NCBI GenBank assembly: GCA_963823555.1
Contig: CAWGMA010000001.1
Span: 992,001 to 1,056,000, forward strand
Direction of reading: 5' to 3'
DNA: 64,000 bases
DNA from: Candidatus Eiseniibacteriota bacterium
GTDB lineage: Bacteria; Eisenbacteria; RBG-16-71-46; CAVPCR01
The position numbers and the translations under genes are program-made. The notes beneath the pieces were generated by a model. It was not told where the DNA came from. It worked only from the letters and a program-made list of their open reading frames with translations, and ran no database searches. Shown here piece by piece: positions 60,720 to 64,000 of the stretch. The first letter of the stretch is position 1, and every line of letters starts with the position of its first letter.

Positions 60720-63088
60720 AGCGCGGCCTCGCTCTCGCCAGTGTCGCGGCCACGCTGGTGCTCCTCGTCCGCCCCGCGGGCGCCGTCCTCGAGCGCTCGG
60801 GGGAGCGCGTGCACGACGCCGGTGCGTTCCGCCTCTTCATGACCAACCTCGGGGTCCTCGGCAATCCCTGGTATCCCTCGTTCTCGGATCTGCCCTCGCT
60901 CGAGTGGCCGGCGGGCTCGGCGGCCGAGTACCTGAACGAGGCCGGGCTCTGGATCGGGGCGCGCGACCGGCGCGGCATCGTCGCCGGGGTCTCGACGGCG
61001 TGCCCCGTGAACGAGCTCCGTCCCGAGCTCGATCCCTCCGCGCACATCTTCGAGAGCTTCGACGGCGCCCCGGGCACGCGCCGCCTCGGCACCACGCCGA
61101 GCGTCGAGGAGGCCGACGACGACGGCGACGGTCTCATCGACGAGGAGTTCCTGAACGGGCGGGATGATGACGGCGACGGCCTGATCGATGAGGACTATGT
61201 AGCGATCGGGGAGCAGACCTTCGCCTGCGAGTATCGCGACGACACGCCTGAGGCGTCGGCCCAGCTCCTCGCGCACCGCCCGCTCCATGTCGCGGTGCGG
61301 CAGACGAGCTTCACCTGGACCGAGGGTATCGGCGCTCTCGATCGCACCGCGGCCGTCGCCTACACGATCGAGAACACGGGCGAGAGCTCGCTCTATGACG
61401 TTTACCTCGGCTTCTATGTGGATCCGGACGTCGGTCCCAAGGCGAGCTCGGGCTACTGGCGGGACGATCGCTACAGCGTCGAGGCGATCAGCGGGACCTT
61501 TCCCACGCGGGGGGCGGCGGTGGTGCGGGGCTGCGAGACGACGCCGTTCGAGCGCATCGCCGCCATCGTCGAGGATGTGCCCGATGGGAGCGGGGGCGGC
61601 GCCTCGGGAGGCGATGCGCCGGGGCTCGTCGCCGCCCTGATCCTCGATCACACGACCAACCGCTGGGGGTTCCGCGCCCCCGAGGCGATCGGGACGAGTG
61701 CCGTCATCCACCTCGCCGGGCGGCCGGTCCGCGACGCCACCAGGGAGGATATCGCCGATCAGGAGAAGTACGCGCTCATGGCGTCGAAGCGGGTGATGGG
61801 GGATCTCGGCGTCGATGATCACCGCTTCGTGCTCGTCGCCGGTCCCTTCTCCGAGCTCTCGCCGGGAGGCTCGCTCGAGCTCACCGTGGCGCTCGTTCTC
61901 GCCCGCGACCGATCGGAGCTCGAGTCGACCGTGTCGGATCTCGTCGCCGAGTTCCACGGGCAGTGGTTGAACCTGGACGGGCTCGGGGCCACCGGCCGGA
62001 ACGGGCAGGAGGCGTGCCTGACGCCCGAGGACGCACGCTTCTGCGGGTTCGCACCCTTCCTCGTCGACCACGATTGCGATGAGCTCGAGACATCTTCCCG
62101 CGGGCACGGCGGATGCCGGAACACGATCATCCAGACCCGCTGCCCGCACCTCTCCACCTGTCCCCCGATCTGCGAGTGCACCCAGCGGCTCCTCGTCCTC
62201 TCGCCGCAGTGCACCTACGCCAACTTCGACTGCGACCCCTGCACGCCGGCGAACGTAGCCGGCGAGTCGCTCGTGCGCTGGGTGGGAACGGCGACCCACG
62301 TGAGCTCCCGCCCGCTCGCGAAAGAGGTGACCGCCGGCGATCACGAGGTGACGATCGAGTGGGACAACTCGGCCGAGCTCCCGATCGCGGCGCGCACCTT
62401 GCCCCCGGTGGCGGGCTACCGGGTGTGGCGGGCGACCGGGTTCACGCGGCCCCCGGGAGCGAGCGGGCCGACCGCCGGGAGCTGGGAGCTCGTCGCCGAG
62501 CTGCCGCTGCCAGGAAGCGGCCTCCCGCCCCCGGCCGATCCCTTCATCATCGAGGACACCGAGATCATCGGCACCGTGCCCGGCCCCTTCGATTCGCTCT
62601 ATCCGCAGTACGCGGTCGGGCGCTACCGCTTCGCCGATTCCGAGGTTCAGAACGGGTACGCGGTCTTCTATGACGTGACCCCGTTCGCTCTCGTCGAGGA
62701 GGGCGGGATCACGGTCGTCGAGAGCCTCGATCCCAGGGCGCGAAGCGGCGAGGAGGTGTTCCCGCTCGAGTCCCCCGGACCGGGCGCCGAGATCCGGGTC
62801 GTCCCGAACCCCTATGTGGGTTCCGCACCCTGGGACCTGAGCCCGAACCGCACCGACCCATCGGGGCGGAAGATCCTCTTCTCGGGGTTGCCGTCGGCAC
62901 CGGCGCGCATCGACATCTACACCGCGGCGGGCGATCGCGTGCGCACGCTCGAATCCGACGGGCGCACCGGGAGCGCGGCCTGGGATCTGCTCTCGCGGAA
63001 CGGGCAGCCGGTGGCCTCCGGCATCTACCTCTACACGGTCGCGGCGCCGGGTATCCAGCACCGCGGCCGCCTCGTGATCGTCAAATGA
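60716..63088 (+). CDS. Secreted protein with Ca-binding repeats, Cys-rich insert and T9SS-like CTD
   Basis: Signal peptide; DDDGDGLIDE x2; IRVVPNPY...WDLLSRNGQPVASGIYLY...GRLVIVK. Confidence 0.8.
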   Translation: MKRGLALASVAATLVLLVRPAGAVLERSGERVHDAGAFRLFMTNLGVLGNPWYPSFSDLPSLEWPAGSAAEYLNEAGLWIGARDRRGIVAGVSTACPVNELRPELDPSAHIFESFDGAPGTRRLGTTPSVEEADDDGDGLIDEEFLNGRDDDGDGLIDEDYVAIGEQTFACEYRDDTPEASAQLLAHRPLHVAVRQTSFTWTEGIGALDRTAAVAYTIENTGESSLYDVYLGFYVDPDVGPKASSGYWRDDRYSVEAISGTFPTRGAAVVRGCETTPFERIAAIVEDVPDGSGGGASGGDAPGLVAALILDHTTNRWGFRAPEAIGTSAVIHLAGRPVRDATREDIADQEKYALMASKRVMGDLGVDDHRFVLVAGPFSELSPGGSLELTVALVLARDRSELESTVSDLVAEFHGQWLNLDGLGATGRNGQEACLTPEDARFCGFAPFLVDHDCDELETSSRGHGGCRNTIIQTRCPHLSTCPPICECTQRLLVLSPQCTYANFDCDPCTPANVAGESLVRWVGTATHVSSRPLAKEVTAGDHEVTIEWDNSAELPIAARTLPPVAGYRVWRATGFTRPPGASGPTAGSWELVAELPLPGSGLPPPADPFIIEDTEIIGTVPGPFDSLYPQYAVGRYRFADSEVQNGYAVFYDVTPFALVEEGGITVVESLDPRARSGEEVFPLESPGPGAEIRVVPNPYVGSAPWDLSPNRTDPSGRKILFSGLPSAPARIDIYTAAGDRVRTLESDGRTGSAAWDLLSRNGQPVASGIYLYTVAAPGIQHRGRLVIVK

Positions 63089-64000
63089 ACGCGCGGAGAG
63101 TCATCGCTGCGGCCGCCGTCCTCCTCGCGCTCGCCGCGCTCCGCTGCGGCGACGAGGGGCCGCCGGTCGCCGTCGATCGCGATCCGCCGCGGCTCGTCTC
63201 TGTGGCCCCGGCGGACGGGGCGACGGCGGTGCCGGTAGCCAGCGTCGTCCGCGCCCTCTTCTCGGAGCCGGTGGTCCTCGATTCGCTCGCGCCCCCGCCG
63301 CTCAGGGTCGCGGGTCCAGGCGGCGAGCCCATGCCCGGGGAGGTCGCTCTGGACACGACCGGGAGCATCCTCACCTTCACAGCCACCGATAGCTTGAGTG
63401 CCGCCAGCGACTATCGTGCGGTCGTCGCGGCCGGCATTGCCGATCGCGCGGGGAACGTGCTCCTCGACTCGACCGTCGTCCGCTTCACGACCGCGCTCGA
63501 TTTCTACTCGATCGGCCGCCTCTTCACCGCCAACGCCAACACCTTCGATGTGAGCGCACTCGACATCCTGACCTACGAGCCGGTCGCGGGGTCCCCGGTC
63601 GCGCTCGGTGCCCGCCCGCTCAGCCTCGCGGCGGTTCCCGCGTGGGGCGAGGTCTTCGTCTTGTATGCGATCGGGCCCGGCGCGGGGGTCCTCGTCCTCG
63701 ATGGGCGATCGCTCGCGGTACTGCGCGACACGGGGCCGGTGTTCCCTCGCGACGCGACCGATCTCGCCGTGAGCGACGCCGAGGAGCTCCTCTTCGTCGC
63801 CTCGCCCGCGGCGAACGCGCTCTTCGTTTATGACGCGCGGACGATGGGGGAAGCCCGCCCGCCGCTCGTCTTCCCCCAGGCTGGAGCGAACCCGGTGCGC
63901 CTCGCCGTCGCCAGTCGCTTCGGCTGGCTTTTCGCCGGCCTCGAGGGCGGTGCGGTCCTCGCCGCCTATGATCTCGAGACGCTGGCGCCGATTGCGGGCT
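63085..64000 (+). CDS. Putative lipoprotein with SbsA-type Ig (Big_5) domain and YVTN-like propeller (partial; absent from the ORF track)
   Basis: ATG 63085 overlaps the upstream stop; MNARRVIAAAAVLLALAALRCGD..PADGATAVPVASVVRALFSEPV..DRAGN; appears open to the window end. Confidence 0.75.
   Translation, partial: MNARRVIAAAAVLLALAALRCGDEGPPVAVDRDPPRLVSVAPADGATAVPVASVVRALFSEPVVLDSLAPPPLRVAGPGGEPMPGEVALDTTGSILTFTATDSLSAASDYRAVVAAGIADRAGNVLLDSTVVRFTTALDFYSIGRLFTANANTFDVSALDILTYEPVAGSPVALGARPLSLAAVPAWGEVFVLYAIGPGAGVLVLDGRSLAVLRDTGPVFPRDATDLAVSDAEELLFVASPAANALFVYDARTMGEARPPLVFPQAGANPVRLAVASRFGWLFAGLEGGAVLAAYDLETLAPIAG

Overview
High-GC bacterial chromosomal window, probably a long-read assembly because several conserved genes carry single-base frameshifts. 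Secreted proteins ending in FlgD-Ig/T9SS-like CTDs or a (S/T)WGxIK tail suggest an FCB-associated candidate lineage such as Eisenbacteria, Krumholzibacteriota or Latescibacterota (inference). Contents in order: 3' end of a secreted FlgD-Ig protein; a Tad/Flp pilus operon (1.3-11 kb); a PPIase divergent from a MoxR-DUF58-BatA/BC/D/E operon that runs into an RsbU/V/W-type partner-switching module; an O-antigen-ligase/TPR gene; a large PKD/cohesin/dockerin protein; a candidate signalling cassette (hypothetical gene, 21-aa peptide, membrane HD-GYP protein, sigma54 activator with no regulatory domain); a housekeeping run (Gfo/Idh/MocA, lnt, ecfT, truA, fsa, htrA, purB-purL-purQ-purS); a lower-GC island (49.8-58.7 kb) with five mosaic paralogous beta-helix secreted proteins, two Cys-rich miniproteins and a repeated palindromic site; then three secreted proteins or lipoproteins. 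No tRNA, rRNA, CRISPR array, transposase or recombinase was recognised. The best candidates for undescribed systems are the peptide/HD-GYP cassette (34.3-38.3 kb) and the beta-helix paralog island with its WGxIK tails and shared palindromic site.
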